Shown here: positions 62,087 through 63,450 of the stretch, piece by piece
Position numbering within the stretch: position 1 is the first letter of the stretch
Layout: every line of letters starts with the position of its first letter
Made by a program: the position numbers and the translations under genes
The notes under the pieces: model-generated
Told to the model about the DNA's origin: nothing
Databases searched by the model: none
The model's input: the letters and a program-made list of their open reading frames with translations, nothing else
From: Bigelowiella natans CCMP2755
Lineage: Eukaryota; Protista; Cercozoa
Assembly (NCBI GenBank): GCA_000320545.1
Contig: ADNK01001508.1
Location: 1-63,450, forward strand
Direction of reading: 5' to 3'
DNA: 63,450 nucleotides

Positions 62087-62912
62087 TCTCGCTGTCACTC
62101 TCCCCCCTTTACTCTTTCTCTCTGTATCACCTACATACACGCGACTAAATGATAGGGAACGGGGCAGATAAAAACTAAGGGATTCGATGGAATACGTTCT
62201 GCTAATATGGTTGCACATCCAATGCATATCCATCGAGAGAAATTAATACCTTGATGGCGTTGTGCAGCGTCTGGTAGGAAACCACGACAGCACCCCCCTC
62301 ATCCTCTATGGGCTGATATTGTTGATGATGTAGTTTCTGATTAGCTTTTCTACTCGAAAAGACTTGGGGGGGGAACATGCTTTTAAGCTTCTTTCACCGC
62401 CTCGAAAAACGCTTTACTACCTTACGGCTCCACCGCACGCCTGACTGATCTAGGTTAAGACTCCTGAGAAAGAGCAGAAGAAGCAAACGTAGCACCACAG
62501 TGCCATCGTTGGGAGCAACAGCAGGAAATATAAGAGGAATCCGCATCTATCGTAAGCGCGTAGAAAGACAGGGAAACGTGGAAGAAAACAAAGAATCTTG
62601 GGCGACTGCCAAGAAAAATAGCCAGTCGCTCCCTTTTCAACCACCCCCCCCCCTAAATCGACCTGTTGCGCGCAACGACGCCTAAAACCTGTGCAATAGA
62701 CGAAGAATCAGGCTACGTTCTAGGTTCTATTCAATACTAGCAAGTGTTGTAAAGAGAAGGCAAGAGACACGGGAAGTACCTCCGGAGGGCAGATGCGGTA
62801 CTTGACGAGGAAATCGCGGACGTTCTGTTGGAGTATTATTGGGATGCCTGGAATTACACAATAGAGTTTATCAAGAAACGTTGCTGCAGATATATTAATG
62901 TATGTATGTGTG

Positions 62913-62968
<56 letters not shown>

Positions 62969-63110
62969 TATATATATATATATATACACACATGTGTTTG
63001 CATGTTTCCTGCATGCGTGGTGGGGGGGGTTTTTCAAAAATGTGTAACATCCGTAGCGCGCGCGGATTGTTGACCCCGCGGAGTGCGGGCGCCCGGGGGG
63101 GGGGGGGTGC

Positions 63111-63151
<41 letters not shown>

Positions 63152-63450
63152 ATAAAAAAAAGTTTGTTTTTTTAAAGTACCTATAATCTCTCATTATCAA
63201 TAAAATGAATGAGGTTAAGAAAAAACACTAATTAAAGTGGGGGTCTAACAAAAAATGAAGAAGCATACGATGTCATTATGTGCTATGTGCCGTGCCGTGC
63301 TGTGTGCTGTGCTATGTATGTATGTATGTTGCGAGGCGATATGTGATGCTATGCGACTGCTATGGGACTGCTATGCATGTTGCGATGATGGCATGTGCAT
63401 AAAGCGAAGCAAAAGGATTTTAGCAAAGTTTATCATCACATAGTCAACAA

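Noticed and set aside
62450-63260. Possible + strand exon (KYLRRADAVLDEEIADVLLEYYWDAW) and a GC-rich hairpin or Helitron-like end near 63050-63110
   Set aside because: There is no coherent gene model and no CTRR terminus. Homopolymer and (TA)n runs suggest low-complexity or poorly polished sequence.
1-63450. tRNA/rRNA genes and telomeric repeats
   Set aside because: None recognised by eye. The only tRNA-like stretch is the retrotransposon PBS.

Overview
Eukaryotic nuclear DNA that is intron-dense and rich in microsatellites. A bipartite signal-plus-transit leader suggests an alga with a secondary plastid, most like a chlorarachniophyte (inference). About 16 protein genes lie in largely alternating orientation: head-to-head pairs share short upstream regions, and tail-to-tail junctions are filled by TGCA/CATG/CTAG-rich spacers. 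Recognisable genes encode an SGNH-type hydrolase, a tandem DUF1118 plastid protein, a PMP34/SLC25A17-like carrier, a glycosyltransferase-like protein, an EF-hand protein, 2OG-Fe(II) oxygenases including OGFOD2, an ArfGAP and a C2H2+GNAT acetyltransferase. There are three main highlights. (1) An intronless secreted 655-aa protein (31974-33941) carries, in order, the catalytic motifs of the bacterial actin cross-linking domain (ACD) toxin. (2) An intact Ty3/Gypsy LTR retrotransposon (52529-58244; LTRs identical by eye, TCAA target-site duplication) has an integrase ending in a Dam/DIRS-type adenine-methyltransferase-like domain. (3) A spliced, soluble remnant of a P-type ATPase lacks all transmembrane helices, the N domain and the phospho-Asp. 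All homology calls are by eye from recalled family motifs, with no searches run. Boundaries of multi-exon genes are approximate.
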